DNA from: an uncultured Actinomycetes bacterium
GTDB taxonomy: Bacteria; Actinomycetota; Thermoleophilia; RBG-16-64-13
NCBI GenBank assembly: GCA_963841735.1
Contig: CAWJDT010000004.1
Span: 160,001 to 224,000 of the forward strand
DNA length: 64,000 bases
Direction of reading: 5' to 3'
In this document: one piece after another, positions 22,031-32,513 of the stretch
Position numbering within the stretch: the first letter of the stretch is position 1
How the letters are laid out: each line of letters starts with the position of its first letter
Program-made: the position numbers and the translations under genes
Notes under the pieces: generated by a model
The model's input: only the letters and a program-made list of their open reading frames with translations
Told to the model about the DNA's origin: nothing
Databases searched by the model: none

Positions 22031-23710
22031 TTGCCGTCATCGCGGATCAGGCACCCGAGCTTCATAACGAGGCTACGCAATCTCGAACGGATGCGTGAGA
22101 TCACCGAGGTCGCGGTCCGTCACGGATTCGGCTATTTCTTTGAGCGGCACAGGCTATACGCTCTGCTCCGCTTCCGACGGCGTAAGCGTGTACCTCCGCC
22201 GGCCCAACGCGGTAGGCACATTCGGGAGATGCTGGACGAACTGGGGCCGACCTTTGTGAAGTTCGGTCAGCTGCTTAGCACCCGGCCAGACATCGTTCCT
22301 GCGGATATCCTACATGAGTTGGCAAAGCTGCAGGACCAGGTGTTGCCGTTCGACTTCAGCCTGGTGGAGGAAGTTATCCAACGCGACCTCGGGCTGCGTC
22401 TAGACCGACTATTCGAGAGCTTTGAGACAGAGCCTCTCGCCTCAGCTTCCATAGGCCAGGTCCACGGCGCGGTGCTTCCTGGGGGCCTTCGTGTAGTGGT
22501 AAAGGTTCAGCGACCGGAGGCTGCGCGTCTCATTCGGCGCGACCTGGATCTCATGTTGCAGTTTGCCGAGCTGCTTGAGGACAGGATCGACCTAGGCGTG
22601 TCGCCGGTGGGGGTGGTGCAGGAGTTCGCGCGCTCGCTCCACCGGGAACTGGACTATGCGCTCGAGGCCCGAAACGCCATGCGGTTCGCCCAGAACTTCA
22701 AGGACTCGACAGAGGTTGCGGTCCCTGGGATATACGCACGCTACTGCAGCAAGCGAGTGCTCACTATGGAGCGTTTCGATGGGCCTACGCTCAACAGTGA
22801 CCAAGTGGCCGCACTGGACATCGACGAGCGGCGACTACTTGCGCAAGGCATCGCACGCTGCTGGCTGCAGCAGATTCTGCGTGACGGGTTTATCCACGCC
22901 GATCCCCATCCGGCGAACATCGTCTATCTCGGAAATGGACGTTTCGGCATGCTGGATTTTGGCATGGCGGGATTCCTACGCGCCGAGGACCTGGATGAAG
23001 GCACCAAGCTGTTTCTGCACGTCATGCAGTCGGACATCGGAGGAGTGAAGCGCTCGCTGAAGAGGCTGGGTGTGCAGTGGAGTCCGTCTGCGGACGATCT
23101 GGTTACCGAGACCATCGAGGAGAACTTCGCTCGCTACTTCGGTGCGGCCGTCAGAGAGATCGACGTTCGCTCGCTCATCCAGCAGATGTTTGATGTGATC
23201 TACTCGCTACGCCTACGCTTGCCCAGCCGTTTCTTCGTCTTGGACAAGGCCCTACTGACCCTCGAAGGGGTGGTTGGCCAGCTGTATCCCGAAATCAATC
23301 TGTTTGATATAGCCCGGGAGTTCACCGGGGATCTGAAACGCAGGTTGGTCGACCCCCGACGGATCGCCGAACGCGCCAAGCGCTACACCGCGGAGTATGC
23401 GCAGATCGTTGGAGACTACCCCTTTATGCTTCACGATCTGCTTGAAGAGATGCGGGCCGGCGAGCTGGAGATTAAGTACCGGCATACGGGGCTCGAAGAC
23501 GTTACGCACCGTCTGGATCTCATCACGAATAGGCTTGTGGTAGCCCTGGTGAGTATCGCCCTGGGGGCCACCAGCACTGCAGTGGCCATACTCATCGAGG
23601 GAGGCCCTCACGTGGCGGGAGTCTCAGTATGGGGACTGCCTGGCTTCGCGGGATCGCTCTTCTTCGGTCTTTGGCTTATCTACGCGATCATCCGTTCGGG
23701 CAGGCTCTGA
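22031..23710 (+). CDS. AarF/ABC1/UbiB family kinase
   Basis: LGPTFVKFGQLLSTRPD, ASASIGQVH, VVKVQRP, HADPHPAN and LDFGM; C-terminal TMs. Confidence 0.93.
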   Translation: MPSSRIRHPSFITRLRNLERMREITEVAVRHGFGYFFERHRLYALLRFRRRKRVPPPAQRGRHIREMLDELGPTFVKFGQLLSTRPDIVPADILHELAKLQDQVLPFDFSLVEEVIQRDLGLRLDRLFESFETEPLASASIGQVHGAVLPGGLRVVVKVQRPEAARLIRRDLDLMLQFAELLEDRIDLGVSPVGVVQEFARSLHRELDYALEARNAMRFAQNFKDSTEVAVPGIYARYCSKRVLTMERFDGPTLNSDQVAALDIDERRLLAQGIARCWLQQILRDGFIHADPHPANIVYLGNGRFGMLDFGMAGFLRAEDLDEGTKLFLHVMQSDIGGVKRSLKRLGVQWSPSADDLVTETIEENFARYFGAAVREIDVRSLIQQMFDVIYSLRLRLPSRFFVLDKALLTLEGVVGQLYPEINLFDIAREFTGDLKRRLVDPRRIAERAKRYTAEYAQIVGDYPFMLHDLLEEMRAGELEIKYRHTGLEDVTHRLDLITNRLVVALVSIALGATSTAVAILIEGGPHVAGVSVWGLPGFAGSLFFGLWLIYAIIRSGRL

Positions 23711-23771
23711 AGGGCCATCGGCCCTGTGGCGGCCCGGGGGTGTCCGCCCGGGCCGGTATAGTAGTAGCAGT

Positions 23772-26300
23772 ATGAGTTACCCGATGTCGAAGATCCCCAT
23801 GGCCTGGAAGGTCAACGCCTACTCGTGGCAAGCCGCCCACACATTGGCCGAGGCATTGGGACTACCGCCTGTGGTAGGCATGGTCCTCGCGGGACGGGGG
23901 CTGTCGGATCCTGCTGAGGCACGCGCATTCCTAGGCTGCGCGTTCCCACCCGGCGATCCCTTTCTGTTCTCCGGGATGGAGGGGGCTGTCGCCTTGCTTG
24001 TCTCTGCCATCGACGAGGGCAGACGGATCGTGGTGCACGGCGACTATGACGCCGACGGCATAACGGCCACGGCGCTGATGCTGTTGGGCCTGCGCGAATT
24101 CGGCGTAGAGGCGGAATGGTACTTGCCCAGCAGGTTCGAAGAGGGGTATGGGCTTTCCCGGCGCGCGGTTGAGGCCATCGCCGCCAAGGGGCCCGGTGTG
24201 CTGGTCACCGTTGACTGCGGGGTCAACTACCCCGAGGAGGTGGCCCTGGCGAGGAGCCTTGGCTTGGACACCGTGGTTGTTGACCATCATCAGCCCGGTC
24301 CAGTCCTTCCGGACTGCCATCTCATTCACCCTGTGGCGGGGCGCTACCCGCACGCCGACCTATGTGGAGTCGGCCTAGCATTCAAACTCATGCACGCCCT
24401 GCACGTCACCCGGAATGGGGCCGCACGGGACGTTGTGCCTGAGGCGCTTACGCCGCTTCTCGACCTGGTGGCGGTTGGTACGATCGCCGATCTGGCTTCT
24501 CTCAGAGGCGAGAATCGCTACTTTGTTCGCGAGGGCCTGAAACTCATCGAGATAGGTCAGCGCCTAGGGTTGAGGGCTCTGGCACGGGTGTCGGGATGTA
24601 CCGGCGCAGTGGACTCGGGTACCGTGGCCTATCGGCTGGCACCTCGTCTCAACGCGGCCGGGCGCTTGGCCGACCCCTCGCCGCCGCTCCGGTTGTTGCT
24701 CGCAGATGATGAAGACGAGGCCACCCATCTAGCGGCACAGCTGCACGAACTGAACGGTGCCCGCCAGGACGTCGAGCGCCAGATATTCGAGCAGGCCGTG
24801 TGCCAAGTGGAGGCGCTGGGGGAGTTGCCGCCGGTGCTAGTGTTGGCTGCCGAGGAGTGGCACGAGGGAGTGGTGGGCATAGTAGCGTCTCGCATGGTAG
24901 AGCGCTATCACCGTCCTGCCGTCCTGCTCGGCATCCGAGACGGGGTGGCCAAGGGGTCCGGCAGAAGCATATCCTCGTATGACCTATTATCTGGCCTGGC
25001 GGACTGCGAGCGCTATCTGAGCGTCTACGGGGGTCACACCCAGGCCGTAGGTCTCACCCTCGGCCGAGACTTGGTAGACGACTTCCGGTCTGCGCTTCAA
25101 GAGCACGCCGCATGCGCCATCGAGGCTAGTGACCTGGTGCCCGTCTATGTTGCCGACGCGGTGGTACGCGGCGACGAGCTCGACGCCGACACCGCAGCGG
25201 CGCTGGCCACGCTGGGTCCTTTCGGCAGCGGCAACCCACGGCCGCGACTGATAGTGATCGATGCAGCCATACGCGACGTTGAGACCACCCGTACCGGCTC
25301 TCATCTGCGGTGCAGCATAGTGGCCGACGGCATGCGTGTGCGCGGCATAGGGTTCGGCATGGGCGACTTGGTGGACGAACTGCGCGCCGACCCCGAAGGG
25401 CGGATCGTCGGCGGACAGCTGCGCGTGGACGAATGGCGCGGCACTCTGCGGCCGGAGATCCTACTGGAGCGTGTGAGTTCCATCGCAGAGGGGGAAGGGT
25501 GGGCCCTGGAGTGCAACGACAGTCTGTGCGAGAGCGGCAGACGTACCTCGGCCACGGTGGACACCGGCCTTGATGCTGTGGGGCAGCGTCGTGAGGACTT
25601 CAATCTAGCTGCGGCGCATGATCTACGGGACCGGCATGGGCGCACTGCAGCTTTGGCGCAGGTGCTTGCGACGCGCCAGAGCGTACTTATGTTGACGTGT
25701 TCCATCGCCCTAAGTATGCCCAGCTTGCGGCGGGTGCCGGCCGCCGCGCTGACGAGGGGAGAGGTGGCGTGCGCACATGCCGGAGGTTGTTTGGAAGGCG
25801 GGCTCCCGGTATCGGCGCCCGTGGTCCTAGCAGAGTGGGACCTGGCGGCGGAGTCCCCGGAAATCATTGCCGGACGTTCGCATATAATCGCGCTCGATCC
25901 GCCTTACCGGAGTGCGCATACTCAGATGATGTGGCAATGGTGCCAGCAAGGGGCAGTAGCCCACCTGCTGTATGGCGAGGAAGAGAGGCAAGCGACTGAG
26001 TGGTTCTTGCGACACCTGGTGCACCCGCGCTTCGCCATGGTGTGTTTGTTTCGAGCCATGCAGGATGGCGCCGGAGAAGGATGCGAGCAGAGTTTCACCC
26101 GGGCTGCCATGATCGCCCGAGAGGAGGCACAGGTGGGTCTGAACTGTGCGCGATTGCAGAGAGCGGCACGGATATTGGACGAACTCGGTGTGCAGCACCA
26201 TCCGCTGGGGAAAGCTAAACTTGACACGCGGAGCAGCCCTACCTTTATGGCGGCACAGATGGAATATGAGGAGTGTTTGAGGCTTTGTCGGACCCTCTGA
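23772..26300 (+). CDS. recJ: ssDNA exonuclease RecJ with long C-terminal extension
   Basis: GDYDADG, TVDCG, DHH, GTIAD, PRLNAAGR, GSGRS and GGH. Confidence 0.93.
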   Translation: MSYPMSKIPMAWKVNAYSWQAAHTLAEALGLPPVVGMVLAGRGLSDPAEARAFLGCAFPPGDPFLFSGMEGAVALLVSAIDEGRRIVVHGDYDADGITATALMLLGLREFGVEAEWYLPSRFEEGYGLSRRAVEAIAAKGPGVLVTVDCGVNYPEEVALARSLGLDTVVVDHHQPGPVLPDCHLIHPVAGRYPHADLCGVGLAFKLMHALHVTRNGAARDVVPEALTPLLDLVAVGTIADLASLRGENRYFVREGLKLIEIGQRLGLRALARVSGCTGAVDSGTVAYRLAPRLNAAGRLADPSPPLRLLLADDEDEATHLAAQLHELNGARQDVERQIFEQAVCQVEALGELPPVLVLAAEEWHEGVVGIVASRMVERYHRPAVLLGIRDGVAKGSGRSISSYDLLSGLADCERYLSVYGGHTQAVGLTLGRDLVDDFRSALQEHAACAIEASDLVPVYVADAVVRGDELDADTAAALATLGPFGSGNPRPRLIVIDAAIRDVETTRTGSHLRCSIVADGMRVRGIGFGMGDLVDELRADPEGRIVGGQLRVDEWRGTLRPEILLERVSSIAEGEGWALECNDSLCESGRRTSATVDTGLDAVGQRREDFNLAAAHDLRDRHGRTAALAQVLATRQSVLMLTCSIALSMPSLRRVPAAALTRGEVACAHAGGCLEGGLPVSAPVVLAEWDLAAESPEIIAGRSHIIALDPPYRSAHTQMMWQWCQQGAVAHLLYGEEERQATEWFLRHLVHPRFAMVCLFRAMQDGAGEGCEQSFTRAAMIAREEAQVGLNCARLQRAARILDELGVQHHPLGKAKLDTRSSPTFMAAQMEYEECLRLCRTL

Positions 26301-28558
26301 AGACAACCGGGCGGGCGGCGGATGAGGCGGTGGTTACCGACGACGCCGGGCTGCAACAGGCCGGTGAATGGCCCAAGGCCGTGGCTGACCTATTCCTGAA
26401 GATCGAGAAGTACAATCCCGCTCTTGACCGAGAGCTGATCGGCCGGGCCTACAGAGTAGCTGAGGAACAACACGGCTCCCAACGTAGGGCGAGCGGCGAA
26501 GCGTATATCAATCACCCCATCGGGACTGCGGTCATCTGTGCCGACTTAGGGCTAGACAGCGCGACCATAGCGGCTGCTTTGTTGCACGACGTGGTCGAAG
26601 ACACCGGCATGTCCAGTGAGAGTATCCGCGAGCAGTTTGGCGACGAGGTGGCTCTGCTGGTGGACGGAGTTACCAAACTGTCGCAGCTGTCGTTCACCAC
26701 GGCCGAGGAGCAGCAGGCCGAGAACATCCGCAAGATGATCGTGGCTATGGCGAAGGACATCAGGGTGATCCTGATCAAGCTGGCCGACCGCCTGCACAAC
26801 ATGCGCACGGTCGGCTACTTGGGCAAAGACAAGCAGATCCAGAAGGCCAAGGAGACGCTCGAGGTATACGCGCCCCTGGCGCACCGGCTGGGAATCGAAT
26901 CCATCCGCTGGGAGCTGGAGGACTTGGCCTTCTCGACGCTGCATCCGCGGAAGTTCTCCGAGATCCAACGTATGGTCGCTCAGCGCCGCGGCGATCGAGA
27001 ACGGGACATGGAGGAGGCAAAGAACATCCTCTCGCGGGAATTGGGGGCGGTAGGCATCGAAGCCGAGGTGGCCGGCCGCACCAAGCACTTCTACTCGATC
27101 TACGACAAGATGGTCCGCAAAGGCAAGGAGTTCAACGAGATCTTCGATCTGACCGCTCTGCGGGTGCTCGTCGAGTCGGTGAAAGACTGCTACGCGGTGC
27201 TCGGGATCATACACTCCCTCTGGAAGCCACTTCCCGGCCGCTTCAAGGATTTTGTGGCCATGCCTAAGTTCAACATGTACCAGTCATTGCACACAACAGT
27301 GATGGGACCCCAGGGTAAGCCGCTCGAGATACAGATCCGCACATATGAGATGCACGAGACGGCCCAGTACGGCATCGCTGCGCATTGGATGTACAAAGAG
27401 CGCGGAGCCCGGGGAGGCCAGCGCGGCGATGGGCACATGGAGAAGCTGCAATGGTTGCGGCAGATCATGGATTGGCAGTCGGAGACGAAGGATGCCGGCG
27501 AATTCATGGAGGCGCTGCACATAGACCTGTTTCGAGACGAGGTCTACGTCTTCACCCCCAAGGGCGAGGTAAAGAACCTTCCGGCTGGTTCCACCCCTGT
27601 GGATTTCGCCTACGCCATTCATACGGACGTGGGCCACAGCTGTATCGGGGCGAAGGTCGACAACCGCATCGTGCCCCTTACCTACCGGCTTCAGTCGGGA
27701 GATATCGTCGAGATCCTCACGTCCCGAACTCCGCAGGGACCGTCGCGCGACTGGCTGCAGTTTGTCCAGAGTTCGGGAGCCCGCAACAGGATTCGGCAGT
27801 GGTTTAATCGCGAGAAGCGCGAAGACGCGGAGCATCTCGGCCGCGAGGCCCTGCTGGAGGCGTTTCGCAAGCAGGGACTGCCTGCCCAGCGACTTATGAA
27901 CTCAGACCTTCTGAGCGCGGTCATGACCGAGAGCAACATCACGAAGAAGGATGACTTCTTCGTGGCTGTGGGCTCAGGCAAGATCAGCCCGCAACATGTG
28001 GTGACCCGGGTAATCCAGGGCCTGGAACGCGCTGATGACGTGGCCTCGACCGCCATTACCCTGCCGGAGGCGTTGGCGAAGGACGGAAAGGACGGACGAC
28101 TCTCCAGCGAACTCGGCATTATCGTAGGCGACTCCACGGATGTCGCCGTGCGCTTGCCTCAATGCTGCCGGCCTGTGCCTGGGGATGATGTGGTGGGTTA
28201 CATTTCGCTTGGCCGTGGCATTACTGTGCACAGACGCGATTGCCCCAACCTTCGCGCGTTGGAGAAGAACCCGGAGCGGCTCATCAGTGTGGCCTGGGAT
28301 CCGAGCACCAAGGCCCCGTTGCGAGTCGAGGTCCAAGTGGAAGCTTACGATCGCGCTCATCTGCTGGAAGACATCTCGCGCACACTGAGCGAGAGCGGTG
28401 TCAGCATCATCGCGGCCCAGATCACCACGGCTCGTGACAGCATGGTGAAGGACAGGTTCGTGTTCGAGGTTCCGGAGATCGGGTACCTTGAGACGGTCCT
28501 ACAGAGGATCAGGCGGATAGACACGGTCTATGATGCCTACCGGGTCACTCCGCGCTAG
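26273..28558 (+). CDS. rel: bifunctional (p)ppGpp synthetase/hydrolase Rel
   Basis: LLHDVVED, KLADRLHNMRT, YQSLHT, EIQIRT, TGS (DFAYAIHT), CC-C and ACT domains. Confidence 0.96.
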   Translation: MFEALSDPLKTTGRAADEAVVTDDAGLQQAGEWPKAVADLFLKIEKYNPALDRELIGRAYRVAEEQHGSQRRASGEAYINHPIGTAVICADLGLDSATIAAALLHDVVEDTGMSSESIREQFGDEVALLVDGVTKLSQLSFTTAEEQQAENIRKMIVAMAKDIRVILIKLADRLHNMRTVGYLGKDKQIQKAKETLEVYAPLAHRLGIESIRWELEDLAFSTLHPRKFSEIQRMVAQRRGDRERDMEEAKNILSRELGAVGIEAEVAGRTKHFYSIYDKMVRKGKEFNEIFDLTALRVLVESVKDCYAVLGIIHSLWKPLPGRFKDFVAMPKFNMYQSLHTTVMGPQGKPLEIQIRTYEMHETAQYGIAAHWMYKERGARGGQRGDGHMEKLQWLRQIMDWQSETKDAGEFMEALHIDLFRDEVYVFTPKGEVKNLPAGSTPVDFAYAIHTDVGHSCIGAKVDNRIVPLTYRLQSGDIVEILTSRTPQGPSRDWLQFVQSSGARNRIRQWFNREKREDAEHLGREALLEAFRKQGLPAQRLMNSDLLSAVMTESNITKKDDFFVAVGSGKISPQHVVTRVIQGLERADDVASTAITLPEALAKDGKDGRLSSELGIIVGDSTDVAVRLPQCCRPVPGDDVVGYISLGRGITVHRRDCPNLRALEKNPERLISVAWDPSTKAPLRVEVQVEAYDRAHLLEDISRTLSESGVSIIAAQITTARDSMVKDRFVFEVPEIGYLETVLQRIRRIDTVYDAYRVTPR

Positions 28559-28606
28559 ACGTGGACGCGTGAGTCGGCCCCGGCGGCTCTGGTAAAATCC
28601 TGCTTC

Positions 28607-29242
28607 ATGGAAATGCTCTGCATACCCGTAGGCCCGCTCCAAGCCAACTGCTATTTGCTGTGGGACGACGCACGCCGAGGATGTTTGGTCGATCCCGGAG
28701 GCGAACCGGAGCGGCTTGTATCGGCGGCCGCTCGTGAGGGCGTGACCGTGGAGGCGATCCTGGTCACTCACGGCCATTTCGACCACATCGAAGGAGTTAG
28801 CGGGGTGGCGACGGCGACAAAGGCGACTGTGTACTGCTCAGCCACGGTCGCGCCGGTGTTGCGGGGAGTCGAAGGTTGCTCGGCTACCGGGTATCCGGTC
28901 CCCAGCATTGAGGCCGGGGGCATCACGGTGGTCACCGAAGACAAACCGATCGAGGTCGGCAGTCTATCTGTTGGGGTTATCTCCACACCTGGGCACACTC
29001 CAGGGGACGTCACCTACGAGATCGCCGGGCAACTCTTCTGCGGCGATCTGCTGTTTCGCGGCTCTGTGGGCCGTACCGACTTTCCCGGTGGAGACTTCGG
29101 TCAGTTGCTGCAGTCGGTGAGCAAGCTGGTGAAGCGCTATCCCGCGTCGACGCCGGTTCACCCTGGCCACATGGAGTCCACCACCTTGGGGATAGAGTTG
29201 GCGTCCAATCCCTTTCTTGTCGGACTGGGGTCTAATGGCTGA
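28607..29242 (+). CDS. MBL-fold metallo-hydrolase (glyoxalase II-like)
   Basis: THGHFDH, TPGHTPG, GDLLF..SVGRTDFPGG and PGH. Confidence 0.92.
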   Translation: MEMLCIPVGPLQANCYLLWDDARRGCLVDPGGEPERLVSAAAREGVTVEAILVTHGHFDHIEGVSGVATATKATVYCSATVAPVLRGVEGCSATGYPVPSIEAGGITVVTEDKPIEVGSLSVGVISTPGHTPGDVTYEIAGQLFCGDLLFRGSVGRTDFPGGDFGQLLQSVSKLVKRYPASTPVHPGHMESTTLGIELASNPFLVGLGSNG

Positions 29243-30542
29243 GCAGATCGGCGCACCGAAGGGCACGTATGACGTGCTCCCACAGGACCAGACGCTGCGG
29301 CGCTGGGTGGTGGCTTGTGCGGAGGATGTGTTCGAGCGCTTTGGCTACCGGCGCATCGACACTCCCATCTTCGAGGAAACCAGGCTGTTCTCTCGCGGAG
29401 TGGGGGAATCGACCGATATTGTCCGCAAAGAGATGTACACCTTCGAGGACCTAGGCGGGCGCAGCATGACGCTCCGCCCGGAAGGCACTGCCCCGGTGGC
29501 GCGCGCGTACGTGGAGCACGGCATGCACACGCTCGCTCAACCGGTGAAGCTGTACTATCACAGCCCCATGTTCCGGTACGAGAGTCCACAGTCAGGGCGT
29601 TACCGGCAGCACTTCCAGCTTGGAGTGGAAGCCATGGGATCGGAGGCGCCAGAACTCGACGCAGAAGTCATCGGTGTGTTGGCGGCCCTGTACAAAGCGC
29701 TGGGGCTGAAGGGGCTTGATCTGCGGCTGAACTCGATGGGATGCCCAGCCTGCCGCCCGGCCTACTCGAAGGTGCTGCGTACGTTCTTGGCTGAGCAGAC
29801 CGGCGTGCTCTGCCGGGAGTGTGTCGCCCGGGCAACGCTCAACCCTTTGCGGGTGTACGACTGCAAGGTGGACACTTGCCGGGCGGCCCTGGCAACGGGG
29901 CCACGCCTGACTGATCATTTGTGTGCCGCCTGCTTGGACCATCACGGTCGGGTGCAGCGCTGTCTGGAGATCCAGGACTTGGCGTACTCCAACGACGCTA
30001 CTTTGGTACGTGGGATGGACTATTACACCCGAACCACGTTCGAGTTCAGTTCGTCGCTCCTAGGGGCGCAATCGGGTGTGGGCGGGGGCGGCCGTTACGA
30101 CGATCTTGTGGCTGCCATCGGGGGGCCTGCTGTACCCGGGGTGGGTTTTGGCACGGGCATCGAGCGCATCCTTCTCAGTCTCGAGCGGTCCGGCGTCGGT
30201 GGCCCAGAGGCGCACAGTCCGTTGGTGTACTTGGTGGCTATGAGCGCCGCCGCGCGACAGGAGGTCTTCGCGCTTGCGCACGAGCTGCGCGGGGCTGGGG
30301 TACACACTGAGTTGGACTTCATGGCCAGGAGCGGCAAGGGCCAGATGAAGCAGGCCGGGCGGAGCGGAGCGCGGTACGCGTTCATCATGGGAGAAGAGGA
30401 GATGGCCGGCGGAACGGTGACGGTGCGCGATCTGCGGTCAGGCGAGGAGCAGCGCGTGCCCCGCGGTGCCGCGTCTGGCTTGGTGATAGCCGGGGAAGTC
30501 ACTGCGCGGCGATCAGGCAAAGAGATTATGGGAGAAGGATAA
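29235..30542 (+). CDS. hisS: histidine--tRNA ligase
   Basis: KEMYTF, LRPEGTA, FRYESPQSGRYRQ, LVRGMDYY and GGGRYD. Confidence 0.96.
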   Translation: MAEQIGAPKGTYDVLPQDQTLRRWVVACAEDVFERFGYRRIDTPIFEETRLFSRGVGESTDIVRKEMYTFEDLGGRSMTLRPEGTAPVARAYVEHGMHTLAQPVKLYYHSPMFRYESPQSGRYRQHFQLGVEAMGSEAPELDAEVIGVLAALYKALGLKGLDLRLNSMGCPACRPAYSKVLRTFLAEQTGVLCRECVARATLNPLRVYDCKVDTCRAALATGPRLTDHLCAACLDHHGRVQRCLEIQDLAYSNDATLVRGMDYYTRTTFEFSSSLLGAQSGVGGGGRYDDLVAAIGGPAVPGVGFGTGIERILLSLERSGVGGPEAHSPLVYLVAMSAAARQEVFALAHELRGAGVHTELDFMARSGKGQMKQAGRSGARYAFIMGEEEMAGGTVTVRDLRSGEEQRVPRGAASGLVIAGEVTARRSGKEIMGEG

Positions 30543-30545
30543 GCC

Positions 30546-32300
30546 GTGGCATATCGAGACGAATGGTGCGGGAACGTCCACGAAGACAAGGTCGGCAGCA
30601 AGATCAAGGTTGCCGGTTGGGTGCAGAGGCGCCGGGACCACGGGGGTCTGATTTTTGTCGACGTGCGCGACCGCACTGGGATATTGCAGTTGGTTTTCGA
30701 GGCGGAGAGCGGTGCGCCGGTGCACGAGCGCGCGCAGCTACTCCGGGGCGAGTACGTTCTGTCTGCTTTCGGTACGGTGGTGGCTAGGGCCGAAGAGCGT
30801 ATCAACCCCAATCTAAGCACCGGCATGGTGGAGATGGTGGTTGAAGAGCTGGAGATCCTTGCCGAGGCAGAAACGCCCCCATTCTTTCCAGAAGACGACG
30901 TCGAGGTGGACGAGACGCTGAGGTTGAAGTATCGCTACATCGATCTGCGCCGTCCGCGGATGTTCCGCAATCTAGAACTGCGCCACAGGGTTGTTCAGAA
31001 GGCGCGGCAGTACCTGGGCGATCTGGGTTTCCTGGAGGTAGAGACACCTATTCTCACGAAGAGCACTCCCGAAGGTGCTCGTGACTTTCTGGTGCCCTGC
31101 CGATTGCAGCCTGGGGAGTTCTACGCACTGCCTCAGTCGCCACAACTCTTTAAGCAGCTGCTGATGGTCGCGGGATTCGAGCGCTACTATCAGGTTGCCC
31201 GGGCTTTCCGCGACGAGGATCTGAGGGCCGACAGGCAACCGGAGCACACCCAGATCGACCTTGAGATGAGTTTCGTCGAAGAAGAGGACATCCAGCGGGT
31301 AGTGGAGGGCATGTTCGCCGGCATGTTCGAGGAGACTTTGGGCGTGCAACTCACGCTCCCGTTCCCGCGGTTGACGTATGCCGACGCGATGGCCCGCTAC
31401 GGCAGCGACAAGCCGGACTTGCGCTTCGGCATGGAGATCGTGGATGTCAGCGACCTGGCCGCAGCGGTGGAGTTCAAGGTCTTCGCCGACGCTGTGGCCG
31501 CCGGCGGGGTGGTGCGGGGTATCAGAGGCATCGGTGGAGCCGGGCTTTCCCGCAAGGATGTGGACGATTTGGCCGCGGGGGCTGCCGCACATGGGGCGCG
31601 CGGCCTTCTGCCCGTGTGGCTTGAAGAGGGTGGACCGCGCACCCCTCTGCAGAAGTTCCTCACCCCCAAGCAACTTGCCTCCTTCGTGGAGCGCTTGGGC
31701 GGGGAGACAGGAGATGTGCTGCTATTCGCCGCCGGTCCCAAGGCGGTGGTGGCACCCAGCATGGGGGCGGTGCGGCTTTCGTTGGCGCAGCGCCTCGCCG
31801 TTAAACGCGAGGGGTGGGCTTTCTCCTGGATCTTGGACTTTCCGATGTTCGAGTATGACGAGAGAGAAAAGCGGCTCAAGGCCCAGCATCACCCTTTCAC
31901 CAAGCCGAGACTGGACAATCTGCAGGACCTGCAGAAGCGACCCCTGGAGTTGGGCACTTATGCCTACGACCTGGTACTCAACGGGGTGGAGTTGGGTAGC
32001 GGCTCATTGCGCATCGCCGACCCACGACTTCAGGAGGCGGTCTTTGGCGCCCTGGGTCTCGAAGAGGCTGATATCAAGGCCAAGTTTGGCTTTTTGGTGG
32101 AGGCGATGGACTACGGTATCCCGCCTCACGGGGGCATCGGACTGGGACTCGACCGCACCGTGATGCTCATGGCGGGGGAGTCGTCCATCCGCGAAGTGAT
32201 TGCCTTCCCCAAGACCCAGAGTGGCTCGTGTCCGTTGACAGACGCCCCCTCGGAAGTGAGTGCGGAGCAGTTGCGAGAAGTCGGTATCCGCACCGTGTGA
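30546..32300 (+). CDS. aspS: aspartate--tRNA ligase (likely non-discriminating)
   Basis: RRRDHGG, RLKYRYIDLR, ALPQSPQLFKQ, FRDEDLRADRQPE and PPHGGIGLGLDR. Confidence 0.96.
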   Translation: MAYRDEWCGNVHEDKVGSKIKVAGWVQRRRDHGGLIFVDVRDRTGILQLVFEAESGAPVHERAQLLRGEYVLSAFGTVVARAEERINPNLSTGMVEMVVEELEILAEAETPPFFPEDDVEVDETLRLKYRYIDLRRPRMFRNLELRHRVVQKARQYLGDLGFLEVETPILTKSTPEGARDFLVPCRLQPGEFYALPQSPQLFKQLLMVAGFERYYQVARAFRDEDLRADRQPEHTQIDLEMSFVEEEDIQRVVEGMFAGMFEETLGVQLTLPFPRLTYADAMARYGSDKPDLRFGMEIVDVSDLAAAVEFKVFADAVAAGGVVRGIRGIGGAGLSRKDVDDLAAGAAAHGARGLLPVWLEEGGPRTPLQKFLTPKQLASFVERLGGETGDVLLFAAGPKAVVAPSMGAVRLSLAQRLAVKREGWAFSWILDFPMFEYDEREKRLKAQHHPFTKPRLDNLQDLQKRPLELGTYAYDLVLNGVELGSGSLRIADPRLQEAVFGALGLEEADIKAKFGFLVEAMDYGIPPHGGIGLGLDRTVMLMAGESSIREVIAFPKTQSGSCPLTDAPSEVSAEQLREVGIRTV

Positions 32301-32308
32301 GCCCTGCG

Positions 32309-32337
32309 TTGCCGCTTATGGGGGCTTGTGCTAACCT
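32309..32337 (+). promoter_or_regulatory. housekeeping-sigma promoter of 6S RNA
   Basis: TTGCCG-N17-TAACCT with extended TG; predicted TSS ~32344 matches the start of the RNA stem. Confidence 0.7.
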
Positions 32338-32343
32338 CAGCTC

Positions 32344-32492
32344 GCTCGACCTTGCGCGTGATCTGGCCTCAACTTGAGCCAACACACATCGCTTGGGAGG
32401 CTTGTTCACCTGAACGGCGTATATCCTTTCAGGGACGGCCACCCACCTGCTTAGGCAGGTTCAAGCGACTGTCAGACACGGCAAGGTGGAGC
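32344..32492 (+). ncRNA. ssrS: 6S RNA
   Basis: Closing stem GCTCGACCTTGC..CGTG.TCTGGC / GTCAGA.CACG.GCAAGGTGGAGC; hallmark TTGAGCCAACAC...GGGAG...CACCCACCTGC..GCAGGTTCAA; downstream of aspS as in Bacillus and clostridia. Confidence 0.85.
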
Positions 32493-32513
32493 ATTCTTCT
32501 AGGAGGGAACATT

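Noticed and set aside
32328-32513. N-terminal 62 aa of ORF 32328-33020
   Set aside because: It overlaps the 6S RNA; the RBS and signal peptide start at 32514.
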